From positions 1 to 40,640 of the forward strand of contig CAZUWQ010000001.1 of NCBI GenBank assembly GCA_964624195.1: a stretch of 40,640 nucleotides of DNA, given 5' to 3'. Under the pieces are notes generated by a model. It had not been told where the DNA came from. It made no database searches and saw nothing but the letters and a program-made list of their open reading frames with translations. Source of the DNA: an uncultured Oscillospiraceae bacterium. Its GTDB lineage: Bacteria > Bacillota > Clostridia > Oscillospirales > Oscillospiraceae. Positions within the stretch are counted from its first letter, which is position 1. Each line of letters begins with the position of its first letter. Of this stretch, positions 10,046 to 18,947 are shown piece after piece. The position numbers and the translations under genes were made by a program.

Positions 10046-12466
10046 ATGATGATTGCGGATACCGCGTTGGAGCGGGTGATCGTTCCGGTCCTGGCATTGA
10101 GAGGGATCACCGTATTTCCAAACCTTGTGCTCCATTTTGATGTGGGCCGGCCAGCGTCCATCCGGGCGCTGGAGGAGGCCATGTCCGGGGACCGGGAGAT
10201 CTTTCTGGTCACCCAGCGGGAACTGACCGTGGAAGATCCGGGCGCCAACGACCTCTATCAGGTAGGAACTGTGGCGGTGGTCAAGCAGATCCTTCGTCTG
10301 CCGGATAACAACGTCAGGGTCATGGTAGAGGGACAGAGCAGGGGCCGAATGCTCCGACTGACGGCCACAAAGCCCTTTCTGACCGCGGAAATCGAGATCC
10401 TGAACGAGCCGGAAACGCCGGCCAGAGCCAATTCCCCTCGGGTGGAGGCCTTTATTCGGCAGATATACGCGCTGATGGAGCGCTATACCGAGTTGTCCGA
10501 CCGGGTGACGCCGGAGGTGTACCTGAAGCTGCTGGACAGTGATGACTGCGCCTATATCTCCGACTACGCCGCGCAGAATCTGCCCCTGCGCTTTGAGGAC
10601 AAGCAGGCCATCCTGGAGGAGCTGCGCCCTGCTCGTCGGCTGGAGCGGCTGTGCCGTATTCTGAGCCGGGAGGTAGAGATCCTGGAGGTGGAGAGCGACC
10701 TGGAGTCCAAGATCCATGAGCAGATGGCGGCAAATCAGCGGGACTATGTACTGCGGGAGCAGCTGCGGGTGATCCAGAAGGAGCTGGGTGAGCCGGAGGA
10801 AAACGATGAGATCACCGAATACCGCCAGGCGGTGGCAGCAGCCAATCTGCCCCAGGAGGTGCGTGAGAAGCTGGAAAAGGAGATCGGGCACCTGGAAAAG
10901 CAGCCCTTTGGCTCCTCGGAGGCCGCCGTGCTGCGGAGTTATTTGGACGTCTGCCTGGATCTTCCCTGGCAGGTGAAGACCCGGGAGCGGGTGAGCATAA
11001 AGGCGGTGTCCAGGGCCCTGGACGCGGACCACTTCGGGCTGGAAAAGGTGAAGGAGCGCATTTTGGAATTTGTGGCGGTAAAGCAGCTGTCCCCGGGGCT
11101 GAAAGGACAGGTCATCTGCCTGGTGGGTCCGCCGGGAGTGGGCAAGACGTCCATCGCCATGAGCGTGGCCCGGGCCATGAACCGCAAGCTGGCCCGGATC
11201 TCACTGGGCGGCGTACACGACGAGGCGGAGATCAGAGGCCACAGAAAGACCTATGTAGGCGCCATGCCGGGCCGGATCATCGCCGGCATCCGGCAGGCGG
11301 GCAGCGCCAACCCGGTGTTGCTGCTGGACGAGATCGACAAGGTGGGCAGCGACTATCGTGGCGACCCCGCCTCCGCGCTGCTGGAGGTGCTGGACGGAGA
11401 ACAGAACAGCACCTTCCGGGACCACTATCTGGAGCTGCCCTTTGATCTGTCCGACGTGATCTTTATCACCACCGCCAACAGCACGGAGACCATACCCCGG
11501 CCGCTGCTGGACCGGATGGAGCTGATCGAGCTGCCCAGCTATACCGACGAGGAGAAGGTACAGATCGCCAAGCGGCATCTGCTGCCCCGGGAGCGGGAGC
11601 GCCACGGGCTGACAAAAAGTCAGCTTCATGTGTCGGATGACGCCCTGCGCCAGATCATATCGGGCTACACCAGAGAGTCGGGCGTGCGGGTGCTGGAACG
11701 GCGTCTGGCAGCATTGTGCAGGAAGACTGCAATGTGTGTGGTGAAGGATAATGTAAAGCAGGTCCACATTACAGGAAAAAATTTGGATGCCTATCTGGGC
11801 CCCCGCCGCTATCACCAGGAGGCGGTATCCAAAGAGCCGCTGGTGGGTGTGGTCAACGGCCTTGCCTGGACCTCTGTGGGCGGCGAGCTGCTGGAGGTAG
11901 AGGCCAATGTGGTGGACGGCACCGGGAAGGTAGAACTCACCGGCAACCTGGGCGATGTGATGAAGGAGTCGGCCAGGGCGGCGCTGTCGTACATCCGAAG
12001 CCGGGCCGGACAGCTGGGTATCGCGGCAGACTTTTACAAGATGAAGGATATCCATGTTCATTTTCCCGAGGGCGCGGTGCCCAAGGATGGGCCGTCCGCC
12101 GGTGTCGCGATCACCACCGCCATCGTGTCGGCGTTGACAGGTATCCCGGTGCGCCGGGATGTGGCCATGACGGGAGAGGTCACGCTGCGGGGCCGGGTGC
12201 TGGAAATCGGCGGCCTGCGGGAAAAGACCATGGCCGCCCTGCGCAGCGGGGTGACCACAGTCTTCCTCCCCCATGACAATATCAAGGACCTGGATGAGAT
12301 CGACCCGACCGTGCGGGCGGCGCTTTCCTTTGTGCCGGTAAAGCAGGTGGACCAGGTGTTGGCCCAGGCGCTGATCAGCGCGCCCCACGCGGCGGCCTCG
12401 TCTGTGCCCGCCCGGAAGCGGGAGGCCCATAAGTCAGCCAGCAGTCCGGTATCTATTTGCCAATAG
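10046..12466 (+). CDS. lon: Lon protease (endopeptidase La); start could also be 10049
   Basis: GPPGVGKT, RGHRKTYVGAMPG, DEIDK, PKDGPSAG (Ser), IGGLREK (Lys). Confidence 0.98.
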   Translation: MMIADTALERVIVPVLALRGITVFPNLVLHFDVGRPASIRALEEAMSGDREIFLVTQRELTVEDPGANDLYQVGTVAVVKQILRLPDNNVRVMVEGQSRGRMLRLTATKPFLTAEIEILNEPETPARANSPRVEAFIRQIYALMERYTELSDRVTPEVYLKLLDSDDCAYISDYAAQNLPLRFEDKQAILEELRPARRLERLCRILSREVEILEVESDLESKIHEQMAANQRDYVLREQLRVIQKELGEPEENDEITEYRQAVAAANLPQEVREKLEKEIGHLEKQPFGSSEAAVLRSYLDVCLDLPWQVKTRERVSIKAVSRALDADHFGLEKVKERILEFVAVKQLSPGLKGQVICLVGPPGVGKTSIAMSVARAMNRKLARISLGGVHDEAEIRGHRKTYVGAMPGRIIAGIRQAGSANPVLLLDEIDKVGSDYRGDPASALLEVLDGEQNSTFRDHYLELPFDLSDVIFITTANSTETIPRPLLDRMELIELPSYTDEEKVQIAKRHLLPRERERHGLTKSQLHVSDDALRQIISGYTRESGVRVLERRLAALCRKTAMCVVKDNVKQVHITGKNLDAYLGPRRYHQEAVSKEPLVGVVNGLAWTSVGGELLEVEANVVDGTGKVELTGNLGDVMKESARAALSYIRSRAGQLGIAADFYKMKDIHVHFPEGAVPKDGPSAGVAITTAIVSALTGIPVRRDVAMTGEVTLRGRVLEIGGLREKTMAALRSGVTTVFLPHDNIKDLDEIDPTVRAALSFVPVKQVDQVLAQALISAPHAAASSVPARKREAHKSASSPVSICQ

Positions 12467-12484
12467 AGAAATGTGGAGGGAGTT

Positions 12485-13090
12485 ATGACCGTCAACCTGA
12501 ATCAAGCCGAATTTGTGCGGTCCGCGGCAAAGCCGGCGGACTTTCCCCGTGACACGCTGCCGCAGATCGTGTTCTCCGGACGGTCCAATGTGGGCAAGTC
12601 GTCGGTGATCAACCGCCTGCTGAACCGGAAAAACTTCGCACGGGTGGGCGCGGCGCCGGGCAAGACCACCCACATCAACTATTTTCTGATCGACAGGAAG
12701 TTTTACCTGATCGACCTGCCGGGCTATGGTTACGCCAAGGTGTCCCAGCAGGAGCGGGATCGGTGGGGCAGGTTGATCGAGGCGTGGTTTGCCGACGTGA
12801 AGCTGTTGAGTTTTGGGCTTTTGATCGTGGACGCCCGGCACAGGCCCACGGCGGACGACTGCACTATGGCCCAATGCTTTTTGTCCACCGGCAAGCCCTT
12901 CGCGGTGGCGGCCAACAAGCTGGACAAACTGAAAAAGAGCGAGGTCACCGGCAATCTCCAGCTGATCCGGGACACCCTGGCGCTGCCGGACGATGTGCCG
13001 GTCATTCCGTTTTCAGCGGAAAAGGGAGAGGGCAGGGCGCAGCTGCTGTCTCTGATCCTGGACCATGTGGAGAGTTTTTCCGCCAACTGA
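12485..13090 (+). CDS. engB: Ribosome biogenesis GTP-binding protein EngB/YsxC
   Basis: GRSNVGKSS, PGKT, DLPGYGYA, NKLDK; follows lon. Confidence 0.96.
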   Translation: MTVNLNQAEFVRSAAKPADFPRDTLPQIVFSGRSNVGKSSVINRLLNRKNFARVGAAPGKTTHINYFLIDRKFYLIDLPGYGYAKVSQQERDRWGRLIEAWFADVKLLSFGLLIVDARHRPTADDCTMAQCFLSTGKPFAVAANKLDKLKKSEVTGNLQLIRDTLALPDDVPVIPFSAEKGEGRAQLLSLILDHVESFSAN

Positions 13091-13111
13091 GCTTGCTGAG
13101 AAACAATGTTT

Positions 13112-13163
13112 TGGGAAGGACACAGCGGGCGTGGAGGCTCTCACGCCCGCTGTGTCCTTCCCA
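13112..13163 (+). repeat. Perfect 22-bp inverted repeat after engB (likely terminator or 3' stabiliser)
   Basis: TGGGAAGGACACAGCGGGCGTG-N8-CACGCCCGCTGTGTCCTTCCCA, followed by only TTT. Confidence 0.85.
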
Positions 13164-13251
13164 TTTGGGCGGATGTGTGGCTAAACACCGCCGGTTCAGG
13201 CGGAAAAGAAAACAAATTGTGGGAAAAACTTCCTGCTTTAGATAATAATTC

Positions 13252-13280
13252 TTGCATTACCGGGGGAAGAGGCATATAAT
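13252..13280 (+). promoter_or_regulatory. sigmaA promoter of carD-ispD-ispF
   Basis: TTGCAT, 17 nt, TATAAT; AT-rich upstream. Confidence 0.8.
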
Positions 13281-13320
13281 ATCTTTGTGTTGTTATACAT
13301 ATTTTGAGGGAGGTGGGATC

Positions 13321-13797
13321 GTGTACCAGGTTGGAGATAAGGTAGTTCATCCAATGCACGGGGCCGGGGTCATCGACTCCATTGTGCAACGGAGGGTCAA
13401 CGGGGAACAGCGGGACTACTATCTGCTTCGCTTGTCCGGCAGCAGCATGATGGTCATGATCCCCACCGACAATACGGCGGAGATCGGCGTCCGACCGGTG
13501 ATATCCGGGAAGGAGGCCGGCGACATTTTGTCCGCCATGGAGCATATCGAAGTGAAAATGACCGCGAACTGGAATCAGCGTTATCGTGAAAATATGGTCC
13601 GGCTGAAGAGCGGGGATCTGATCGAGGTGGCGCGGGTGGTCAAGGGGCTGAAGCTCAGGGACGGGGTTCGGGGCCTGTCCACCGGGGAGCGGAAAATGCT
13701 TCACACGGCCAGGCAGATCCTGATCTCCGAGCTGGTACTGGCCCAAAGCCTGCCCTCGGAAGAGGTGGAGGCGGAGATCGACCAGGCGCTGGCATAA
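13321..13797 (+). CDS. carD: CarD family transcription factor
   Basis: GDKVVHPMHGAG, NWNQRY (conserved Trp), LSTGERKML; GTG start after GGAGGT. Confidence 0.93.
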   Translation: MYQVGDKVVHPMHGAGVIDSIVQRRVNGEQRDYYLLRLSGSSMMVMIPTDNTAEIGVRPVISGKEAGDILSAMEHIEVKMTANWNQRYRENMVRLKSGDLIEVARVVKGLKLRDGVRGLSTGERKMLHTARQILISELVLAQSLPSEEVEAEIDQALA

Positions 13798-13839
13798 CGG
13801 GGCGGATACGCGCCTCTTTTACGGAGGGAGGGACCGGAC

Positions 13840-14574
13840 ATGAAACTGTTTGGACGAAAAGCGCGAAAAAGAAGCACCGGCTTTTGCTCTGTGATCGTGG
13901 CGGCGGCAGGCAGCTCCAGCCGGATGGGGCGGGACAAACTGATGGCGGAGTTGGATGGCGAACCGGTCCTCCTCCACTGCCTGCGCGCTTTTGAGGCGGC
14001 GGCTGAGGTAGACGAGGTCATCGTGGTCACCAGGGAGGAGCTGGTGCCTGAGGTGGCCCGGCTGTGCCGTGAGGCGGGGCTGATCAAGGTGGTCAAGGTC
14101 ATCCGGGGCGGTGCCAGCCGCACCCAGTCCGTCAGGCTGGGGACGCTGGAGGCGTCCGGGAGCGCGGAGCTGATCGCTATCCATGACGGCGCGCGCCCCT
14201 TTATCACGCCGGATGTGATCCGGGCGGTGGTGGAACAGGCGGCCCAGACCGGCGCCGCGGCGCCGGCCATTCCGGTGAAGGACACCATCAAGATCGCCCG
14301 AAACGGTTTGGTGGAACAGACGCCGGAACGGGATACGCTGTACGCGGTCCAGACACCCCAGGTATTTGAGGCTTCCCTGATCCGTGCGGCGCTGCAGAAG
14401 GCGCTGGACGACGGGGCGGAGTTGACGGATGACTGCGGCGCGGTGGAACGGCTGGGGATGAAGGTATCTCTCACCAAAGGGGAGGAGAGCAATATCAAGC
14501 TGACCACGCCCATGGACCTTCTGTGGGCGGAGAGCTTTCTGGAGGCTGACGATGCGGATCGGTCACGGCTATGA
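13840..14574 (+). CDS. ispD: 2-C-methyl-D-erythritol 4-phosphate cytidylyltransferase
   Basis: AAGSSSRMG..K, GGASR, IHDGARPF, DTIK, QTPQ, TDD, NIKLTTP. Confidence 0.96.
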   Translation: MKLFGRKARKRSTGFCSVIVAAAGSSSRMGRDKLMAELDGEPVLLHCLRAFEAAAEVDEVIVVTREELVPEVARLCREAGLIKVVKVIRGGASRTQSVRLGTLEASGSAELIAIHDGARPFITPDVIRAVVEQAAQTGAAAPAIPVKDTIKIARNGLVEQTPERDTLYAVQTPQVFEASLIRAALQKALDDGAELTDDCGAVERLGMKVSLTKGEESNIKLTTPMDLLWAESFLEADDADRSRL

Positions 14575-15034
14575 CGTACACCGCCTGGCGGCGGGTCGGA
14601 GGTTGATCCTGGGCGGGGTAGACATCCCCTATGAGCTGGGCCTGCTGGGTCATTCCGACGCCGACGTGCTGACCCACGCCGTCATGGACGCTCTGCTGGG
14701 GGCGGCGGGACAGTGGGACATCGGGCACGCTTTTCCGGACACGGACCCAGCCTATGCGGGGATCTCCAGCCTGACCCTGCTGGAGCGGGTGATGGAGCGG
14801 CTGGCCGGACAGGGCCTGCGGGTGGGCAATGTGGACGCCACCGTTCTGGCCCAGCGGCCCAGACTGGCTCCCTATATCCCGGAAATGCGGACCCGGCTGG
14901 CCCAGGTCATGGGCGTGGGACCGGAGCGGGTAAACATCAAAGCCACCACTGAGGAGGGGTTGGGGTTCACCGGCCTCGGGGAGGGCATGGCCGCCCACGC
15001 GGTGGCGCTGCTGCTGGAAGCGACAGAGAAATAG
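14552..15034 (+). CDS. ispF: 2-C-methyl-D-erythritol 2,4-cyclodiphosphate synthase
   Basis: RIGHGYDVH, GHSDADV, DIG, KATTEE. Confidence 0.97.
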   Translation: MRIGHGYDVHRLAAGRRLILGGVDIPYELGLLGHSDADVLTHAVMDALLGAAGQWDIGHAFPDTDPAYAGISSLTLLERVMERLAGQGLRVGNVDATVLAQRPRLAPYIPEMRTRLAQVMGVGPERVNIKATTEEGLGFTGLGEGMAAHAVALLLEATEK

Positions 15035-15046
15035 CGGAAAGGGACC

Positions 15047-15090
15047 GACACCGGTCACAGAGCATACAATGGCCTGTGACCGGTGTTTTT
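15047..15090 (+). terminator. Intrinsic terminator after ispF
   Basis: GACACCGGTCACAG-N13-CTGTGACCGGTGTT then TTT. Confidence 0.8.
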
Positions 15091-15211
15091 CTGTTCTGTG
15101 GGACAGAGACACGGCCACCAGGGTCGGACCCATAGATGTCCCTGACCCGTTGATATGTTGGACCGGAGCCTGTGAGCGGATATCGCTCCAGATAAAACAG
15201 GAGGGTAGCTT

Positions 15212-15466
15212 ATGGTCTATTATTTGATCATATGCCGTTCGTTGACCTATGCCCAGCGGACTGCCCATATGTTGGAGCGGGCAGGTATCAGCGGGCACCT
15301 GATGAAAGTTCCGAAAGTGATCGCGAAGGAGGGCTGCGGCTACGGCGTCAAGGTGTCGGAACGGAGGCTGAGCGAGGCGCTGAAGCTGCTGCGGAGAGAG
15401 GGGATGACGCCCCGGCAGGTGTTTATAGAGACAGAAAACGGCGAATACAGTGAGGCGCGGGCATGA
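15212..15466 (+). CDS. DUF3343-like small protein (putative S/Se carrier)
   Basis: 84 aa, SLTYAQR...VP....EGCGYG pattern; RBS GGAGGG; ATGA overlap with the desulfurase. Confidence 0.75.
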   Translation: MVYYLIICRSLTYAQRTAHMLERAGISGHLMKVPKVIAKEGCGYGVKVSERRLSEALKLLRREGMTPRQVFIETENGEYSEARA

Positions 15467-16593
15467 TCTATTTCGACAGCGCGGCCACCACTCTGGAAAA
15501 GCCGGCCTCCGTGCCGACGGCGTCCGCCTGGGCTATGACCCACCTGGCCAGCCCCGGGCGGGGCGGCTATCAGGCGGGGATGCAGGCAGCCGAGGTGATG
15601 TATCAGTGCAGGGAGCTGGCGGCGGAACTGTTTCATGCCCCCGGCCCGGAGCAGGTCGTGCTCACGTCCAATGCCACCCACGGGCTGAACCTGGCCATCC
15701 ATTCCCTGGTGAGCCCCGGCGCCGTGGCGCTGATCTCCGGCTATGAGCATAACGCGGTGACCAGACCGCTTTTCAGCCGGGACGACATCCAGGTGAAGGT
15801 GGCCGCCGGGCCGTTGTTTGACCAGAGGCTGGCTTATGAGGCCTTTGCCCAGGCGATGACAGACGATGTTACCGTGGTCATCTGCAACCACGTTTCTAAT
15901 GTATTTGGCTTTATCCAGCCCATGGACCAAATCGCCGCCCTGTGCCGGGACCGGGGCAAGCCCCTGATCGTAGACGCATCCCAGTCTGCCGGTATGCTGC
16001 CGGTAGATATGGAGCGGTGGGGCGCGGCCTTTGTGGCTATGCCCGGCCACAAGGGACTGTACGGTCCCCAGGGCACCGGGCTCCTGCTGTGCGGGGCGGA
16101 GACAAAGCCGTTGCTGCGCGGGGGTACAGGCAGCGCCTCCCGGCTGCAGCAGATGCCGGAATTTTTGCCGGACCGGCTGGAGGCGGGCACTCAAAATGTC
16201 TGTGGCGCGGCCGGACTGCTGGCCGGAATGCGCTTTGTAAAGCAAAAAGGCCTCACACAGATCACTGGGCAGGAGCGGATGCTGTGCCATAGGATGATGG
16301 ACGCGCTGGAGCGGCTTCCCAGGGTCCGGCTGTTCCGGGGCGGGGACGCGCAGGGCGGTCTGTGCTCCTTTGTGCCGGAGCGTATGGACTGTGAGACTAT
16401 GGCGGAAAAGCTGGGGCAGATGGGGATCGCGGTGCGGGCGGGTCTGCACTGCGCTCCGCTGGCCCACCGGACGGCGGGTACGCTGGAGACGGGGACGGTT
16501 CGACTGAGCTTTTCCGCGTTCAACCATGCCGCCCAGGTGGACCGGACGGCGGAAGCGATCCGAAAGCTCCTCCTTGAGGCCGGAACACGGTAG
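15463..16593 (+). CDS. Cysteine desulfurase / selenocysteine lyase family (class V aminotransferase, SufS-like group)
   Basis: YFDSAATT, EHNAV, DASQ, PGHKGLYGP (PLP Lys), EAGT, RAGLHCAP (catalytic Cys). Confidence 0.92.
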   Translation: MIYFDSAATTLEKPASVPTASAWAMTHLASPGRGGYQAGMQAAEVMYQCRELAAELFHAPGPEQVVLTSNATHGLNLAIHSLVSPGAVALISGYEHNAVTRPLFSRDDIQVKVAAGPLFDQRLAYEAFAQAMTDDVTVVICNHVSNVFGFIQPMDQIAALCRDRGKPLIVDASQSAGMLPVDMERWGAAFVAMPGHKGLYGPQGTGLLLCGAETKPLLRGGTGSASRLQQMPEFLPDRLEAGTQNVCGAAGLLAGMRFVKQKGLTQITGQERMLCHRMMDALERLPRVRLFRGGDAQGGLCSFVPERMDCETMAEKLGQMGIAVRAGLHCAPLAHRTAGTLETGTVRLSFSAFNHAAQVDRTAEAIRKLLLEAGTR

Positions 16594-16612
16594 CGCGAAG
16601 CCTGTTTTTAGA

Positions 16613-16652
16613 GGACCGCCGCTTATACTTTAAGCGACGGTCCCTTAATTTT
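16613..16652 (+). terminator. Probable intrinsic terminator after the desulfurase
   Basis: GGACCG-C-CGCTTA-TACTT-TAAGCG-A-CGGTCC followed by CTTAATTTT. Confidence 0.65.
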
Positions 16653-16685
16653 ACGTGAATTTTTTCATTTTATCCCGCCATTTGC

Positions 16686-16714
16686 TTGCCATTCAACGCC
16701 GGATGGGATATAAT
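16686..16714 (+). promoter_or_regulatory. sigmaA promoter of the cdaA operon
   Basis: TTGCCA, 17 nt, TATAAT. Confidence 0.8.
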
Positions 16715-16810
16715 GAACAAGTTAAGGCGGCGCGGCATTCGGGCCAGAGAGCCGTGTTGCCGGAGCGGCAGTGACCGGGCTGGACACGGTCAGAACAGGA
16801 GGCGGTGTGT

Positions 16811-17701
16811 TTGGATAAGATCATTGATCTGCTGGAGACTGCCCAGGAGATGTTGAGGCTCATCAGCATTTTTGATATTATCGACATCGCGCTGATTGCC
16901 TTTGTGGTCTATCATGTATTCCGGTTTATCCGCCGCAGCCGCTCCGGCCAGGTGGCCAAGGCGATCCTGATCATTGTGATCGCTATGAGCCTTGCGAACC
17001 TGCTCCACCTGCGGGTAGTGAGCTTTTTCCTGAACAACGCGGTGGAGTTGGGCGTCATTGCGCTTATCATCATTTTCCAGCCTGAGATACGCCGCTTTTT
17101 GGAGCGTATCGGCAGCGGTAAGATCAAGGAGTTGTTTGTGGCGGAGAGCTATGGCGACGAAATGGAGAGCGCCATTGCCGAGACAGTAGAGGCCTATACC
17201 TCTATGTCCAGGGACAAGGTGGGGGCGCTGATGGTATTCGAGCGCAAGACGGTGCTGGATGATATTTTGAAAACCGGTACGGCGCTGGATGCCCGCATTT
17301 CCGCGGAGCTGCTGAAAAACCTGTTTTGGAATAAGGCACCCCTGCACGACGGGGCGGTGGTGGTCCGCAACGGGCGGATCGTAGGCGCGGGCTGTATGCT
17401 GCCCATGTCGGGCAACGTGAACCTCAGCCGAGACCTGGGAATGCGCCACCGTGCCGGTATCGGCATCAGCGAGAACTCCGACGCCGTGGTGGCCATTGTC
17501 TCGGAGGAAACCGGTTCTATCTCGGTGGCCGTCAACGGGATGCTCAAACGCCACCTGGCGCCGGAGACATTGGAGCGGCTTCTGAAAAGTGAACTGATGC
17601 CGGATATGGAGGAAAAGCCCACTAAGGCGGGGAAGTTCACTGGTGTATTCAGAGGAAAAAAGGGAGATAAATCAAATGGGAAAGAAAATTCTGGACAGTA
17701 A
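16811..17701 (+). CDS. cdaA: Membrane diadenylate cyclase CdaA (DacA)
   Basis: Three N-terminal hydrophobic helices, FQPEIRR, PLHDGA and GMRHRA catalytic motifs, SEETG; TTG start 8 nt after GGAGG. Confidence 0.96.
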   Translation: MDKIIDLLETAQEMLRLISIFDIIDIALIAFVVYHVFRFIRRSRSGQVAKAILIIVIAMSLANLLHLRVVSFFLNNAVELGVIALIIIFQPEIRRFLERIGSGKIKELFVAESYGDEMESAIAETVEAYTSMSRDKVGALMVFERKTVLDDILKTGTALDARISAELLKNLFWNKAPLHDGAVVVRNGRIVGAGCMLPMSGNVNLSRDLGMRHRAGIGISENSDAVVAIVSEETGSISVAVNGMLKRHLAPETLERLLKSELMPDMEEKPTKAGKFTGVFRGKKGDKSNGKENSGQ

Positions 17702-18941
17702 GGCGCTCTATGTCTTCCTTTCCATCGTGATTGCCGTCGCCCTTTGGTTTTACGTTACATCCTTAGAGGGAAACGAGACGACCAAGACCATCAGCAACAT
17801 CTCCATCACCTATTCCGGGGTGGAAAATCTGGATCGGCAAGGCCTGATGATCGTGGGTAACGCACCCACCGCCACGGTGCGGGTGTCGGCGGTGCCCACG
17901 GTGCTGGCCAAACTGGACAAGGATTCCATCCAGCTCACAGTAAATGTAGCGGCTATCGAGGTGCCCGGTGAATATACGCTTGCCTATAGTCTCAGTTTGC
18001 CCAGCGGAGTCAATTCAAGCCAGGTGCAGTTCCTCAGCGGGGGCACGGGCAACGTATCCTTTACCGTGGCGCGGCACAGCACCAGAGAGGTGGAGATCCG
18101 AGGTGAGTTCGTCGGCACGGTAGCTGAGGGGTATCTCCAGGGGGCGGCGGATGAATTTGTCTTTTCTCCGGAAGAGTTGACCATCAGCGGTCAATTGGAA
18201 TTGGTGAATCAGGTGGCCTACGCCAAGGTGATCGTTTCCGGTGAGGAGCTGACGGAGACGGTGAGCGGCGAGTTCGAGTATCAACTGATCGGCGCCAGCG
18301 GTGATGTGCTGGAGAATCTGGATATCCAGTGTGAAACAGATACGATCTACGCCACCTATCCCATCTTGGCCACCGCTGAGATCCCGCTGGATGTGAAATT
18401 CACGTCCGGCGGCGGCGTCAGCGAGCAGACCATGACCTATGAGCTCAGCGCCGACTCCATCATGGTGGCCGGCAGCAAGGACGCGGTAGCCGCTATGCAG
18501 AAGGAGGGCACGCTGACTGTCGCCACCATCAACCTGGCCGATGTGCGGGATGGTGATGTGATCATCTGCGGCATCCCGTTGACGGACGAGCTTACCAACC
18601 TTAGCGGCATTACGGAGGTGACGGTCACAGTTCATCTCAATGAAAACTTGACCACCCGTATCATTGAGGTGGAACAAATAGACCATATCAACGTACCGGA
18701 GGGCTGGTCGGCCTCCAATGTCACGAAGCTGGTGGCGGTGGAGATACGCGGCAGCGCTGAACTGGTGGAGTCTGTGCTGGAGGATAACATCCGGATCGTG
18801 GCCGATCTGAAGGATGTAAAGCTGGCGGCGGGCCAGTACACCGTGCCTGCCAAGGTCTATCTGGACAGCGTGGGCATGGCGGACGAGATAGGCGTGGTGG
18901 GGACGGACTACAAGGTGGTCGTCACCCTGACGCCAGATTGA
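17676..18941 (+). CDS. cdaR: CdaR / YbbR-repeat regulator of CdaA
   Basis: N-terminal TM (SIVIAVALWFYV) followed by repeated beta-rich YbbR-like units; overlaps the cdaA end. Confidence 0.85.
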   Translation: MGKKILDSKALYVFLSIVIAVALWFYVTSLEGNETTKTISNISITYSGVENLDRQGLMIVGNAPTATVRVSAVPTVLAKLDKDSIQLTVNVAAIEVPGEYTLAYSLSLPSGVNSSQVQFLSGGTGNVSFTVARHSTREVEIRGEFVGTVAEGYLQGAADEFVFSPEELTISGQLELVNQVAYAKVIVSGEELTETVSGEFEYQLIGASGDVLENLDIQCETDTIYATYPILATAEIPLDVKFTSGGGVSEQTMTYELSADSIMVAGSKDAVAAMQKEGTLTVATINLADVRDGDVIICGIPLTDELTNLSGITEVTVTVHLNENLTTRIIEVEQIDHINVPEGWSASNVTKLVAVEIRGSAELVESVLEDNIRIVADLKDVKLAAGQYTVPAKVYLDSVGMADEIGVVGTDYKVVVTLTPD

Positions 18942-18947
18942 GCGGAT

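Noticed and set aside
15043-15070. CATACAAT (perfect sigE/sigK -10) in the loop of the ispF terminator
   Set aside because: There is no sigE -35 and only a weak GACC at sigK spacing; it is 140 nt from the next start. Unsupported without start-site data.
15171-15183. TGTGAGCGGATA, resembling the lac operator (possible vector contamination)
   Set aside because: Only 12 nt match and the flanks are native-looking, with no other vector sequence.
16720-16800. c-di-AMP riboswitch upstream of cdaA
   Set aside because: Too short, and it lacks the conserved motifs of that riboswitch class.
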